Shown here: positions 26,744 through 36,884 of the stretch, piece by piece
Layout: every line of letters starts with the position of its first letter
Position numbering within the stretch: the first letter of the stretch is position 1
From: an uncultured Acidimicrobiia bacterium
GTDB taxonomy: Bacteria > Actinomycetota > Acidimicrobiia > Acidimicrobiales > AC-14
NCBI GenBank assembly: GCA_963836205.1
Contig: CAWIIV010000025.1
Location: forward strand, 25,224 to 89,223
Length of the DNA stretch: 64,000 nucleotides
Direction: 5' to 3'
The notes under the pieces: model-generated
Databases searched by the model: none
What the model saw: the letters and a program-made list of their open reading frames with translations, nothing else
What the model was told of the DNA's origin: nothing
Made by a program: the position numbers and the translations under genes

Positions 26744-28021
26744 TCACGATTCGGACCCGGCCGACGGCCCCCACTGCTGGTCGCCCTGCCGTTTGAGCTT
26801 GAGCGCCCCACCCCGGATCAGCGACGCGGGGCCGACGGCGGCGTCGCCGAACCGGCGGCGCACGTCGTCGATCGCCTGGGCCACGGGCGCCGGATCCGCA
26901 CCGGTGGCCGACCGGTGGCCGGTCTCGTCGAAGCTCAGCTGCTCGGCCTGCCGCTCGACCAGGTTGGACGCGCTCACCCCCAGCAGCCGCACGCCCTCCG
27001 AGCAGTCGACGGCGGCCAGCAACTCCGCCGCCAGCCGGGCCAGCCCGAGGCCGGAGTCGATGGCCGCGGGGGCCGTGCGGGACCGGGTGATGGTGCGGAA
27101 GTCGGGGAAGCGGACTTTCAGGGTGACGGTGCGCCCGGCCACCCCCGCCTTGCGCATGCGGGTGGCGACGGCGTCGGACTGGCGCACCACCTCCACGTGG
27201 AGGGCGTCGGGGTCACGCAGGTCGGTGCCGAACGTCTCCTCGTGGCCGATCGACTTGGCCACCTGGTCGGGCACGACCGCCCGCGGGTCGCGGGCCCAGG
27301 CCAGGTCGTGCAGGTGGCGGCCGGCGGCCGGCCCCAGGGCGCCCACCAGCGTGTCCACCGGCAGGGCGGCCAGGTCGCCCACCGTCTCCACGCCGAAGCG
27401 CTCGAGGCGGCGGTGGGTGGCCGGTCCCACGCCCCACAGGGCCCGCACCGGGTGGGGATGGAGGAAGGCCAGCTCCTCCCCCGGCTCCACCACGAACACG
27501 CCCCGTCCCGGTACCGCCCCTCCCGGCGACGCCGTCGGCTTGGCCGCCTCCGACGCCATCTTGGCGATCATCTTGCACGTGGCCACCCCCACCGAGGCGG
27601 GAAGGCCCATCTCGTCCGCGATCCGGGCCCGGATGCCGCGTGCGATCAGGGGCGCGGGGCCGAGCAGGCGGCGGGCACCGGCCACGTCGAGGAACGCCTC
27701 GTCGAGGGAGATGCCCTCCACCAGGGGGGTGAAGTCGAGGAAGATCTGGTGCAGCTGGGCGCTCAGCTCGATGTAGCGGTGGAAGCGGCCGGGGAGGAAA
27801 ACGGCGTGGGGGCACAGCCGCTTGGCCCGCACCGACGGCATGGCCGAGCGCACGCCCCACGCCCGGGCCTCGTAGGAGCAGGCCGCGACCACTCCCCGGT
27901 TGCCGGTGCCGCCCACGATCACCGGCTTGCCGGCCAGGGACGGGTCGTCGAGGATCTCGACCGAGGCGTAGAACGCGTCCATGTCGACGTGGAGGATCGA
28001 CAGGCCGAGGGCGTCTGTCAC
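26744..28021 (-). CDS. dinB: DNA polymerase IV
   Basis: ILHVDMDAFYASVE, SYEAR, SLDEAFLD, ALWGVG and KSIGHEETF motifs. Confidence 0.96.
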   Translation of the reverse strand: MTDALGLSILHVDMDAFYASVEILDDPSLAGKPVIVGGTGNRGVVAACSYEARAWGVRSAMPSVRAKRLCPHAVFLPGRFHRYIELSAQLHQIFLDFTPLVEGISLDEAFLDVAGARRLLGPAPLIARGIRARIADEMGLPASVGVATCKMIAKMASEAAKPTASPGGAVPGRGVFVVEPGEELAFLHPHPVRALWGVGPATHRRLERFGVETVGDLAALPVDTLVGALGPAAGRHLHDLAWARDPRAVVPDQVAKSIGHEETFGTDLRDPDALHVEVVRQSDAVATRMRKAGVAGRTVTLKVRFPDFRTITRSRTAPAAIDSGLGLARLAAELLAAVDCSEGVRLLGVSASNLVERQAEQLSFDETGHRSATGADPAPVAQAIDDVRRRFGDAAVGPASLIRGGALKLKRQGDQQWGPSAGSES

Positions 28022-28061
28022 CGGTGCAGCTTGCCAGGCGGGAAGGTCGCCGGCGGGTCGC

Positions 28062-28847
28062 TCACGGCGTGGTCGGCGTGACTCCCGAATGGGGACGGGC
28101 CGATCGCGCCCGGCTGGCGGAGCGGCGGGCCCGGACCCGGCTTGGGTAGTCGCGGACGCCCCACCAGGTGACGAGCAGCAGCGCCTCCACGATGATGCGG
28201 GTCGACATCTTCGACGTGCCCCGCTCCCGGTCGACGAACTCGATGGGCACCTCCACGATGCGCCCGCCCCGGCGGGCCACCCGGTAGGCCATCTCGATCT
28301 GGAAGCCGTAGCCGTCGGCCCGCACGGTGGGCAGGTCGAGGCCGGCGACCGTGTCGGCCAGGTAGGCCCGGTAGCCGGAGGTGGCGTCGGCGAGGGGCAG
28401 GTCGAGGGCCATGCCTGCGTAACGGTTGCCCCAGCGGGACAGGGCCCGGCGGCGGAACGACCACTCCGGGATCGAGCCCCCCGGGATGTAGCGGGAACCC
28501 ACGGCCAGGTCGGCACCGGCTTCGACCGCCCGCAGGAGCGTGGGCAGGGCGGCCGGGTCGTGCGAGAGGTCGGAGTCCATCTCCACCAGGACGTCGTAGC
28601 CCTGGCGGATGCCCTCGGCGAAGCCGGCCCGGTAGGCCGACCCGAGGCCCGCCTTCCCGGCCCGGATCATGACGTCGACGCCGCCCAGCTCGGCGCCGGC
28701 GGCCTTGGCGATCTCGGCGGTGCCGTCGGGGCTGGCGTCGTCGACGACCAGGACGTCGGCTGCGGGGACGGCCGCCTTCAGCCGGCGGAGGACCTCGGCG
28801 ATGTTCTCCGCTTCCTCGTAGGTGGGGAGCACCACGAGCGTGCGCAT
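28062..28847 (-). CDS. ppm1: Polyprenol monophosphomannose synthase (GT2)
   Basis: VVLPTYEEAENI, VDDASPDGT, EMDSDLSH, GSRY and DATSGYRAY motifs. Confidence 0.88.
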   Translation of the reverse strand: MRTLVVLPTYEEAENIAEVLRRLKAAVPAADVLVVDDASPDGTAEIAKAAGAELGGVDVMIRAGKAGLGSAYRAGFAEGIRQGYDVLVEMDSDLSHDPAALPTLLRAVEAGADLAVGSRYIPGGSIPEWSFRRRALSRWGNRYAGMALDLPLADATSGYRAYLADTVAGLDLPTVRADGYGFQIEMAYRVARRGGRIVEVPIEFVDRERGTSKMSTRIIVEALLLVTWWGVRDYPSRVRARRSASRARSARPHSGVTPTTP

Positions 28848-28930
28848 CTCACGCGCCTCTTCCGGATGGTCCAGGAAAGCCGGGTCGAGCGGCGGACCGT
28901 CCACTGCCGTGCAGCCTACGATCGCCGACC

Positions 28931-29224
28931 ATGGAGGACGAGCCGAAGCCCCCCGTCGCGATCCCCGAGGGGGGGCCGACGGCGCTACCGAGCATCCGGG
29001 CCCGGGCGGTGGCCTTCGCGGCGATCCTGGTGGCCGGCCTCTGCGGCGGGCTCATCGGCCGTGCCCTGGCCCAGATCCAGTGTTCCGGCAGCTGCTCCAC
29101 AGTGTCCGCGGTCGGCGCGTTAACCGGGGCGTTGACAGCCGCGGCCGGTGTCGCCGTCGTGGCGGTGCTGGTGCTGCGAGCCATGGGCGAGTGGCGAGCC
29201 GGCCCGGGCGCCCGCCCACGCTGA
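28931..29224 (+). CDS. Small two-TM hypothetical protein
   Basis: Two hydrophobic helices flanking CSGSC; VLRAMGEW. Confidence 0.7.
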   Translation: MEDEPKPPVAIPEGGPTALPSIRARAVAFAAILVAGLCGGLIGRALAQIQCSGSCSTVSAVGALTGALTAAAGVAVVAVLVLRAMGEWRAGPGARPR

Positions 29225-29326
29225 GCGGCGTCATTGGCGCTCGGCGGGGGGGCTGGATCGGCTCCATCCCTTGATGTATCGGCGCGTCTGACGCTTCCCT
29301 GTAGGGCCGTTGGTCCCGGACGTGGA

Positions 29327-30916
29327 CTACGGCAGGCAGCCGAAGAGTGGGAGGAACAGCCGCAGGAAGCCGAGGAACGGCAGCCGGGCCAGGTCCCGTA
29401 CCAGTCGACAGATGAAGCTCTCCGGGGCGACGGTCGTCGGCGGGGCAACAGTCGTCGGCGGGGCGAGCGTCGTCGGCGGGGCGAGCGTCGTCGGCGGGGC
29501 GAGCGTCGTCGGCGGGGCGAGCGTCGTCGGCGGGGCGACGGTCGTCGGTGGGGCGGCTGTCGTCGTGGGGGCCTCGGTCGTGGGGGGTGCCGACGTCGGC
29601 GTGGTCGAGGTCGGGGTGGTAGGTGGGCTGGGAGTGCCGAGCCGGACCACGGCCACGTCGGCACCCGATCGTCCCGCGCCTACCACCTTGGCGTCGGCCT
29701 GCACCGCGAGGGCGGTGACGACGTCGACCCCGCCGACGTCGGCGACCAGCCTCCCGTCCCCGTCGAACGTGTCGTCGACGATCCCGCCGGCGGTGAACCG
29801 GGCCAGGGCGGACTCGTCACCCAGCCCGCCGCCGACGACGATCTTGTCGCCCTGGAGCGCGAGCGCGATGGGCGTGGCGTTGGTTCCGTCGCCGAAGAGG
29901 GCCAGGGCGACACCTTCGGTGCCGAATCCGTCGTCGACGCCTCCGACGGAGTCGTAGCGGACGACGGTGAAGGCGTCGTCGTGGGCCGGGCCGTTGCCGG
30001 GCCCGACGAACGAGTCGATCAGGACCACGACCTTCCCGTCCGGCTGGAGGGCCACGTCGGTGGCCGAGCTGACACCCTCGACGGGAGCATCGGCCGAGAA
30101 CGTCGGGTCGGGTAGACCCCCGGATGTGAGGCGGTAGACGAGCGAGCCGATGGCGACCCGGCTGCAGGACCCCGTCCGGCCGGCGACGACGACCGCCCCG
30201 TCGGGCTGCACCGCCGCCGCGAAGCCCCGCTGCACCTGGGACTCCGAGATCTGGACCGCCTTGCCCCCCGTACCGAAGCCGGCGTCGGGCACACCTTCGG
30301 ACGACGTGCGGATGACGGCCACGCCCGCCGTCTGGCCCGGCGTGGGTCCGATCATCGGACACCCGGCACCCGTCGTCTCACCGGTGAGGATGATCTTGCC
30401 GTCGGGGCCGACGTCGGCGTCCCGCAGCAGGTCCGTCCCCCCGAAGTCGTAGGTGGCGCGACCGCCGGCGCCGAACGTGGCGTCGACGCCGCCGTCGGCG
30501 TCGAGACGGGCGACGGCGAAGTCGCCCCCGCTCGTCCCCGCCACCAGGAGGCGGCCGTCGCCGAGGACGACGACCTGGTGGCCCTGGTCGGCCGAACCGC
30601 CGTTGACGTCGACGCACACCCGGCCGTCGCCGTCGAAGCTCGGGTCGGGACCGCCGCCGGTGAGGAAGCGGGCCACCAGGAAGTCGCCGTCGCAGCTGGT
30701 GCCGGCGACGACGATCCGCCCGTCGGGCTGGATGGCCACGCCCTCGCCGGTGTCGTCGAAGCCGAAGTCGGCGACAACCTTGCCGTCACCGTCGAACGTC
30801 GGGTCGAAGTCGCCGTCGGCCGCCCGGGCGGGCACGATCACCGCGCCGACCACCACCGCCACCGCCAGCACCGCCCCCCGCCGCGCCCAGCCGCCACCAC
30901 CGTCGCCGAACCTCAT
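29327..30916 (-). CDS. Secreted delta-60 repeat (beta-propeller) protein with Pro/Thr linker
   Basis: Signal peptide; repeated QPDGRIVVAG / DPTFDGDG units; TTLAPP repeats. Confidence 0.88.
   Translation of the reverse strand: MRFGDGGGGWARRGAVLAVAVVVGAVIVPARAADGDFDPTFDGDGKVVADFGFDDTGEGVAIQPDGRIVVAGTSCDGDFLVARFLTGGGPDPSFDGDGRVCVDVNGGSADQGHQVVVLGDGRLLVAGTSGGDFAVARLDADGGVDATFGAGGRATYDFGGTDLLRDADVGPDGKIILTGETTGAGCPMIGPTPGQTAGVAVIRTSSEGVPDAGFGTGGKAVQISESQVQRGFAAAVQPDGAVVVAGRTGSCSRVAIGSLVYRLTSGGLPDPTFSADAPVEGVSSATDVALQPDGKVVVLIDSFVGPGNGPAHDDAFTVVRYDSVGGVDDGFGTEGVALALFGDGTNATPIALALQGDKIVVGGGLGDESALARFTAGGIVDDTFDGDGRLVADVGGVDVVTALAVQADAKVVGAGRSGADVAVVRLGTPSPPTTPTSTTPTSAPPTTEAPTTTAAPPTTVAPPTTLAPPTTLAPPTTLAPPTTLAPPTTVAPPTTVAPESFICRLVRDLARLPFLGFLRLFLPLFGCLP
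29433..29558. repeat. 18-bp coding tandem repeat (TT[L/V]APP, about 7 copies)
   Basis: GTCGTCGGCGGGGCGAGC units. Confidence 0.9.
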
Positions 30917-31008
30917 CGCCCGCCTCCCGTCGCCGATCCGACGGTCGACCGTCGGACTCTCCTCCCAAGACTAACGAGTGGTCCCCACGGTTCCCGTCCG
31001 ATCCGTCC

Positions 31009-31722
31009 CTACCCGGACAGCGACAGGCGGCGGAACCCCTCCGCGTAGCGGACCCCGGCCAGGCGGCCCCCGTCCTCGGCCCGCTGGCGGAGGACGTCGC
31101 GGTAGAACTCGCCGCCCTCGCCCAGTTGGCTCCCGTGGCACAGGACAGCCTCGATCTTGGTCTCGATCGACGGGCCCACGTCGACCCACACGTTTGGCTC
31201 CAGCGTCGCCGACATGAACACGCTGTCGACCTGATGGGCGGGGCCGGCGCCCGGGAAGTAGTGGGGGTTGCCCGCCGCCGGCGCCACCGCGTCGAGGACG
31301 GCCCAGCCGGTGATGCGGTGGTCGGCGTGGTTGTAGTAGGTGTCGCCGAAGAACACCGCAGTGGGGTCGTTGCACAGCACGACCTGCGGTTTTACGTCCC
31401 GGATGGCGCCCACCAGCAGCCGCCGCAGCTCGAGCGAGTCGGGCAGCTCGCCGTCGCGGAAGCCCAGCTGGCGGCGCCCGGCCAGGCCCAGGACCGCCCC
31501 CGACGCCTCCATCTCCGCCAGCCGCCGACGGGCCAGCTCGTCGGGGTCGGTGGCGGGGTCGAGCGACCCCTTCTCCCCCCGGGCGCACACCAGCACGTGC
31601 ACCGCGCAGCCGCCCGCCGCCCATCGGGCCAGCGTCGCCCCGCAGGAGATCTCGGGGTCGTCGGGGTGGGCGTAGATGGCGAGGGCCCGGTCCGGGACGT
31701 CCTGGTAGACCTCGGCGGGCAC
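31009..31722 (-). CDS. PIG-L family deacetylase
   Basis: AHPDD, GEKG and HADH motifs. Confidence 0.92.
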   Translation of the reverse strand: MPAEVYQDVPDRALAIYAHPDDPEISCGATLARWAAGGCAVHVLVCARGEKGSLDPATDPDELARRRLAEMEASGAVLGLAGRRQLGFRDGELPDSLELRRLLVGAIRDVKPQVVLCNDPTAVFFGDTYYNHADHRITGWAVLDAVAPAAGNPHYFPGAGPAHQVDSVFMSATLEPNVWVDVGPSIETKIEAVLCHGSQLGEGGEFYRDVLRQRAEDGGRLAGVRYAEGFRRLSLSG

Positions 31723-31729
31723 GGTGTCC

Positions 31730-32776
31730 CTAGTCCACGGGGGCGCTGCGGATGGCCGCCACCGCCCGGGCCAGCCCGTCGTCGTCGACGTCGAAGTGGG
31801 TGACCAGGCGCAGGACGCCGGGGCCGATGGTGCCGCCCAGCACCCCCTGGCCGGCCAGGTGGTCGAGCACCGCCTCCGTCCGGGGGTGGTGCCAGGTGAC
31901 GATGTTGGTGACGACGGTGTCGGGGTCGCAGCCGCCGCCGGGCCAGCGCTCGGCCACCGCCTCGGCCAGCGCCCGGGCTCGGCGGTGGTCGTCGGCCAGG
32001 CGGTCGACCATGGTCGTGAGGGCCACCAGCCCGGCGGCCGCGATCACCCCCGCCTGGCGCATCCCCCCACCCAGGCGGGCCCGCTCGGCTCGGGCCTCCT
32101 CGATCACGTCGGCCGGCCCCGCCAACACCGATCCCACCGGGGCGCCCAGGCCCTTCGAGAGGCACGACATCACGGTGGTGACGGGCGCCGCATAGTCGGC
32201 GGCGGGCGTGCCGGTGGCCACCTCGGCGTTGAACAGGCGGGCCCCGTCCAGGTGGACGGGGATGGAGCAGGCGGTGGCGACGGCCGCCGTCTCCCGCAGC
32301 CGCTCCATCGGCCACGGGGTGCCGTTGGCCGGCATGTGGGTGTTCTCCAGGCAGAGCAGCCCGGGACGGGGGTGGTGGTGATGGGCGGCTGCGATCACCC
32401 ACGCCACCTCGTCGGGATGGACGGTGCCGTCGGTGTCGTCGACGGGGTGGAACTGGATACCGGCGTTGCGCCCGCCGGCCCCGTTCTCGTAGATCACGAC
32501 GTGCTGGCGGCGGCCGGCCACCACCACCGTCCCTGCCGGGGCCAGGATGCGCAGCGCGATCTGGTTGGCCATCACCCCCGACGGCACGAACAGGGCCGCG
32601 GCCTTGCCCACCCGCTCGGCGTAGGCGTCCTGGAGGGCGTTGACGGTGGGGTCCTCCCCGTAGACGTCGTCGCCCACCACCGCGTCGGCCATGGCCCGGC
32701 GCATCTCGGCCGTCGGACGGGTGACGGTGTCGGACCGCAGATCGACGAGGTCGGCGTGGGCTGGCGCCGGCGTCAC
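31730..32776 (-). CDS. ltaE: Low-specificity L-threonine aldolase
   Basis: [27 protein letters not shown] and [11 protein letters not shown] motifs. Confidence 0.93.
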   Translation of the reverse strand: MTPAPAHADLVDLRSDTVTRPTAEMRRAMADAVVGDDVYGEDPTVNALQDAYAERVGKAAALFVPSGVMANQIALRILAPAGTVVVAGRRQHVVIYENGAGGRNAGIQFHPVDDTDGTVHPDEVAWVIAAAHHHHPRPGLLCLENTHMPANGTPWPMERLRETAAVATACSIPVHLDGARLFNAEVATGTPAADYAAPVTTVMSCLSKGLGAPVGSVLAGPADVIEEARAERARLGGGMRQAGVIAAAGLVALTTMVDRLADDHRRARALAEAVAERWPGGGCDPDTVVTNIVTWHHPRTEAVLDHLAGQGVLGGTIGPGVLRLVTHFDVDDDGLARAVAAIRSAPVD

Positions 32777-32797
32777 GTCCGTACCCATGCCCGTACC

Positions 32798-33661
32798 ATG
32801 GCAGATCGTGAACCAGTCCCCCACCGCCCGCGCTTGACGGCGGACCCGAGGGGGCTCCGGGAGCTTCTCGAGCTGGCCCTGGGGCTGGCCAGGCAGGCGT
32901 CCACCCTGCTGCTCGAGGCGCAGCGCCACCCCAACACGGGCATCGACACGAAGACGTCGGTGAACGACATGGTGAGCGACGCCGACCGGGCGTCGGAGGC
33001 GCTCATCGTGTCCGGGATCCTCGCCGCCCGACCCGACGACGCCATCCTGGCCGAGGAAGGGGCGGCCCGCCCGGGAACGAGCGGGGTGCGGTGGGTCATC
33101 GACCCCCTCGACGGCACCACCAACTACCTGTACGGCATCCCCGCGTGGGTGGTGTCGATCGCGGCCGAGGTCGACGGCGTGGTCGAGGTGGGGGTGGTCG
33201 CCGACCCCAGCCACGGGGAGGTGTACTCGGCGGTGCGGGGCGACGCCGCCGCCTGCTGCAACGGGCTGCCGATCACGGTGTCGGGGGCGACGGTGCTGGC
33301 CACGTCGCTTATCGGCACCGGCTTCGCCTACCGGTCGGCCCGGCGGGCGGAGCAGGCGCTCGCCCTGCCCCGGGTGCTGCCCGCGGTGCGCGACCTCCGC
33401 CGCCTCGGCGCCGCCGCCCTCGACCTGTGCCTGGTGGCCTGCGGCCGCCTCGACGGCTATTTCGAGACCGGGCTCCAGCCGTGGGACATGGCTGCCGGGG
33501 CCCTCATCGCGTCGGTGGCGGGGGCGGAGGTGTGCGGGTACGACGGCGGGCCGGCGTCGACGGCGTCGCTGGTGGCGTCGACCCCCGGCATCGCGGCCGA
33601 CCTGTTGGCCACCCTGGCCGCGGCCGGGGTCACGCCCGACCCGGGATACCGGACGCCATAA
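32798..33661 (+). CDS. Inositol monophosphatase family protein (SuhB-like); start uncertain
   Basis: [12 protein letters not shown] and WDMAAG motifs. Confidence 0.92.
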   Translation: MADREPVPHRPRLTADPRGLRELLELALGLARQASTLLLEAQRHPNTGIDTKTSVNDMVSDADRASEALIVSGILAARPDDAILAEEGAARPGTSGVRWVIDPLDGTTNYLYGIPAWVVSIAAEVDGVVEVGVVADPSHGEVYSAVRGDAAACCNGLPITVSGATVLATSLIGTGFAYRSARRAEQALALPRVLPAVRDLRRLGAAALDLCLVACGRLDGYFETGLQPWDMAAGALIASVAGAEVCGYDGGPASTASLVASTPGIAADLLATLAAAGVTPDPGYRTP

Positions 33662-33688
33662 ATCCCCGGTTCATGCCAGCATGGACGG

Positions 33689-34060
33689 GTGTTGAAGCTG
33701 GTCGCCATCCTCCGCTTCATACGCCGGAGCACGGTCCTGCTGGGCGTCGGGCTGCTCGGGGGCACCGTCACCACCGCGGGCGTGGTGATGCTCGTCACCC
33801 CGGGACCGGGGCTGCTGGTCATCATCGCCGGGCTGGCCATCCTCGCCACCCAGTTCGCCTGGGCCGAGCGGGCGCTGGAGAGGATGAAGGCCAAGGCCCG
33901 GGCGGCCCGTGACAAGGCGTCCGTCCGGCGGGCCGATCGGCGAGCAGAAGCCGCGGCGTCGGGGACGGAGACACCGCCGGGTCCAGGTGTGTCGCGACAG
34001 CCGCCGGTGCCGACGGGCGACGACATCCCCTCCGAGTCCGACAGCCAGGCGACGGCCTAG
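33689..34060 (+). CDS. PGPGW-domain membrane protein
   Basis: MLVTPGPGLL...LATQFAWA motif. Confidence 0.85.
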   Translation: MLKLVAILRFIRRSTVLLGVGLLGGTVTTAGVVMLVTPGPGLLVIIAGLAILATQFAWAERALERMKAKARAARDKASVRRADRRAEAAASGTETPPGPGVSRQPPVPTGDDIPSESDSQATA

Positions 34061-34061
34061 G

Positions 34062-34520
34062 CTAAGTCGGGCTCACCTGCGCCTCCAGGCGTTCGAGGGT
34101 GCGCTCCATCCCCCGGCGGTTGCGGCCCCGGAAGCCCAACAGCCACAGGCCCAGCGCCAGCCATCGGGGCGCCGTCGAGTAGTCCCACGACTCGACCACC
34201 CGGGTCGCCCGGCCGCCGTCGGCCGGCTCGAACCGGTAGCGCCAGCGGGCCCGGCCCAGGTGGTCCCAGGCCAGGAGGCGGCCCTCCTCGAACTCCACGA
34301 CCCGGTTGCTGATGCGGTAGGGCGTCCCGAGGCGCATCGCCATCCCGAAGCGGGCCCCGGGCTCCAGCCGGGCCGGCGCGTCGTCGAGCACCGCCTTCAC
34401 CGTGCCCGACCCGTCGATCAAGGGGTGCATGGCCGGGTCGGCAACCACGTCGAACAGGCGCTGGGCCGGCGCGGGGATCACCCGCTCGACCGTGACCTGC
34501 CGTCGGTGCTCGTCGCTCAC
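34062..34520 (-). CDS. SRPBCC / polyketide cyclase family protein
   Basis: HPLIDGSGTV, VVEFEEGRLLAW and WRYRFEP motifs. Confidence 0.88.
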   Translation of the reverse strand: MSDEHRRQVTVERVIPAPAQRLFDVVADPAMHPLIDGSGTVKAVLDDAPARLEPGARFGMAMRLGTPYRISNRVVEFEEGRLLAWDHLGRARWRYRFEPADGGRATRVVESWDYSTAPRWLALGLWLLGFRGRNRRGMERTLERLEAQVSPT

Positions 34521-34543
34521 CCCGTCGAAGCTACGACACCCGG

Positions 34544-35227
34544 TCAGTTGGCGATGGCGGAGGCGCCGACCGCGGCCAGCCCGTGGAGGGCGAGCTCGGT
34601 GAGGCGGGCGTCGACGATGCGGGCGAGGGCGCCCAGCTGCCGCCGCTCCCGGGCTCGGAAGGGCCGTCCCCGCCGGCCGAGGACGAGAGCGATCGACGCG
34701 TCGGCCAGGGCGGCCCAGGCCACGTCGTCGGGACCGCACTCGCCCGCCGCCACCGGGGCCGACGAGCGGCTGCCGGCCACGAAGGCGGCCAGCCAGGCGG
34801 GGGGCGGGGGCGAGCCCTGGGACGCGAGCAAGACGCGGTCGTCGAGGTCGACGGCGGCCACCCACTCCGACCCGAAGTCGGACCCGGCGTGGCTCACCAT
34901 CACGCTCAGCAATCCCGCGGGACTGGTGGCCGCCACCAGGAGGGCCGCCGTCTCCAGGGCGTCGAGGCGGGCGTCGTACATGCGCTCGGGGGCGGCCCGC
35001 ACGTCCTCCACGTCGACCCCGTCGACCTGGTCGATCTCGCTGACGAGCAGGGAGACCAGGCCCGCGTCGGGCAGCTGGACGACCAGCTCGTCGATGGCCC
35101 GGCCCGCTCCCCGTTCGAGGATGTCGATGCCGACGACGTCCCCCCGCACCGCTCCGATGCGGCTGGCGACCGCGCCCAGCGCGCCGGGACGGTCCGGCAG
35201 CCACACCCGTACGACAAAGGTCTCCAT
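34544..35227 (-). CDS. ACT domain protein
   Basis: LPDRPGALGAVAS; C-terminal LGRRGRPFRARERRQL. Confidence 0.85.
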   Translation of the reverse strand: METFVVRVWLPDRPGALGAVASRIGAVRGDVVGIDILERGAGRAIDELVVQLPDAGLVSLLVSEIDQVDGVDVEDVRAAPERMYDARLDALETAALLVAATSPAGLLSVMVSHAGSDFGSEWVAAVDLDDRVLLASQGSPPPPAWLAAFVAGSRSSAPVAAGECGPDDVAWAALADASIALVLGRRGRPFRARERRQLGALARIVDARLTELALHGLAAVGASAIAN

Positions 35228-35346
35228 GGGGACGAACCTACGGATCGGGTGTGAACGCCGGGTTTCGGCGCCGCGACGATGCCGTCACGAGGGGCCGTCC
35301 CGAGGGGCCGTCACGAGGGCCGTCACACGGCCTGTACGGTGCTCGT

Positions 35347-35724
35347 ATGGCACCCAAAACGAAGCCCGAGGTCACCATCGACGGCGGCGAGCCGCCGGCC
35401 GACCTGGTGATCGACGACATCGAGGTCGGCGAGGGCAAGGAAGCCAAGCCCGGCGCCGACATCGAGGTCAACTACGTGGGCGTGTCGTGGTCGACCGGCC
35501 GCCAGTTCGACGCCTCCTGGGACCGCCGGCAGACGTTCACCTTCCGCCTCGGGGCGGGGATGGTCATCGGCGGCTGGGACAAGGGCGTGGCCGGGATGAA
35601 GGTCGGCGGCCGCCGCCGGCTGACCATCCCGCCCGAGCTCGGCTACGGCGCCCGGGGCGCGGGCGGCGCCATCGGCCCCAACGAGACCCTCGTCTTCGTC
35701 GTCGACCTCGTCGGGGTCCGCTAG
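35347..35724 (+). CDS. Cytoplasmic FKBP-type peptidyl-prolyl isomerase
   Basis: YVGVSWSTG, FDASWDR, VIGGWDKG and IPPELGYG motifs. Confidence 0.95.
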   Translation: MAPKTKPEVTIDGGEPPADLVIDDIEVGEGKEAKPGADIEVNYVGVSWSTGRQFDASWDRRQTFTFRLGAGMVIGGWDKGVAGMKVGGRRRLTIPPELGYGARGAGGAIGPNETLVFVVDLVGVR

Positions 35725-35871
35725 GACCCAACCTTCAGGACGACGATTTGGGCGACGGGTTCCGTGCGCCCAAAGGGTCGTGAAACGGCGCGCCTGACGC
35801 CTGATCACGACGGCGTTTTCGTTGCGTGAAGCATCCCGTGGGGCGAAATCGTCGTGATCGCGGGCGTCATG

Positions 35872-36636
35872 TCAGCCGGGCGGGCCTGCGGCCGGGGCGG
35901 CGGCCGAACCCACGCCCAGGGGCGGGGTGCCGATGACCACGGTGTGGCCGGGGGTGGCGGCCAGCTGCTGGAGCAGCCGGAGCTGCAGTAGGGCGGGCGA
36001 GCCCTCGGCCTGGCGGGCGGCGTTGGCCAGGCTGCGGAGGGCCGCCGTCTCGCCCCGCGCCCGCTCCAGGGCGGCCAGGCCCTGGGCCTTGGCCACCAGG
36101 ACCTCGGCCCGGGCCCGCTTGAGGTCGGCGGGCAGGACGACGTCCTTGAGCTCGAGGTGGACCACCGCCACGCCCAGCTGGTCGAGGCCGCGCACGGCCG
36201 CGGTGAGCTCGGCGCCCAGCTCGGCCCGGCCGGCCAGCAGGTCCTCCACCGGGTGGGCGGCCACGACCTCCCGCAGCGCCACCTGCACGGCCAGGTAGAG
36301 GGCGCCGTGGGCGTCCTGGACGGCGGTGACGAACGCCACCGGGTCGGCCACCTGGACCTGGCCGGCGGCGGTGACCTTGACGCTCACGCCGTCGGCGGTG
36401 GGGACCTCCTGGGTCGGCACCAGCAGCACCCACGGCCGCATGTCGACCCGGCGGAGGGTGTACCGCGAGCGCCACCGGCGGTGGCCACCGGGGCCGAGGG
36501 TGTCGACCAGGGCACCGGTCCGGAAGAGCAGGGCCCGCTCCCACTGGTCGACCGTCACCAGGCGGCCCGGCCGCACGGCCGCGCCGGCACCCGTCCGCAT
36601 CCAGCCCGTCATCATCGAGTGCTTCTGTCGCATCAT
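35872..36636 (-). CDS. Slipin / SPFH (band 7) family protein
   Basis: VDQWERALLFR, VDMR, QEVPTADGV and ALERARGETAALRSLANAA motifs; GAGG RBS. Confidence 0.9.
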   Translation of the reverse strand: MMRQKHSMMTGWMRTGAGAAVRPGRLVTVDQWERALLFRTGALVDTLGPGGHRRWRSRYTLRRVDMRPWVLLVPTQEVPTADGVSVKVTAAGQVQVADPVAFVTAVQDAHGALYLAVQVALREVVAAHPVEDLLAGRAELGAELTAAVRGLDQLGVAVVHLELKDVVLPADLKRARAEVLVAKAQGLAALERARGETAALRSLANAARQAEGSPALLQLRLLQQLAATPGHTVVIGTPPLGVGSAAAPAAGPPG

Positions 36637-36652
36637 GGCTACCTCGTCGTTT

Positions 36653-36699
36653 GCGCCTTCCCCCAGCTGGGCGCCTTCCCCCAGCTGGGCGCCCTCCCC
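36653..36699. repeat. 18-bp tandem repeat (about 2.6 copies) in the slipin leader
   Basis: GCGCCTTCCCCCAGCTGG twice plus a partial third copy. Confidence 0.85.
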
Positions 36700-36787
36700 C
36701 GGCCGGCCCCGACGGCGGGACGGGGGCCGAGGCCCGCAAGGTCCCGCCGCCGGTACGCCCGAGGGCGCGGGCCGGCCGGAGGTCGAA

Positions 36788-36884
36788 CGCGGAATGGGAG
36801 TCGAACCCAGTGGGATCCACCCGTGCCGGAGAGAACACGCGGGACGGAGCCGGTCACGACCGGGCCGCCGCTCATTCCAACACG
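36788..36884 (-). ncRNA. Degenerate tRNA-like RNA upstream of slipin (band-7-associated tRNA-like candidate)
   Basis: T-arm TGGG-TTCGACT-CCCA, three further hairpins, GGAA/TTCC closing stem; -10 TACTCT at 36891-36896. Confidence 0.7.

Noticed and set aside
28022-28061. SOS box upstream of dinB
   Set aside because: No GAAC-N4-GTTC or TGTC-N12-TANNNT match seen
29433-29558. Possible CRISPR array
   Set aside because: Spacer-less 18-bp coding tandem repeat; no cas genes in the window
36788-36884. Canonical tRNA or tRNA-Sec
   Set aside because: Weak acceptor stem, no standard D-loop, no 7-nt anticodon loop with TCA; kept only as tRNA-like
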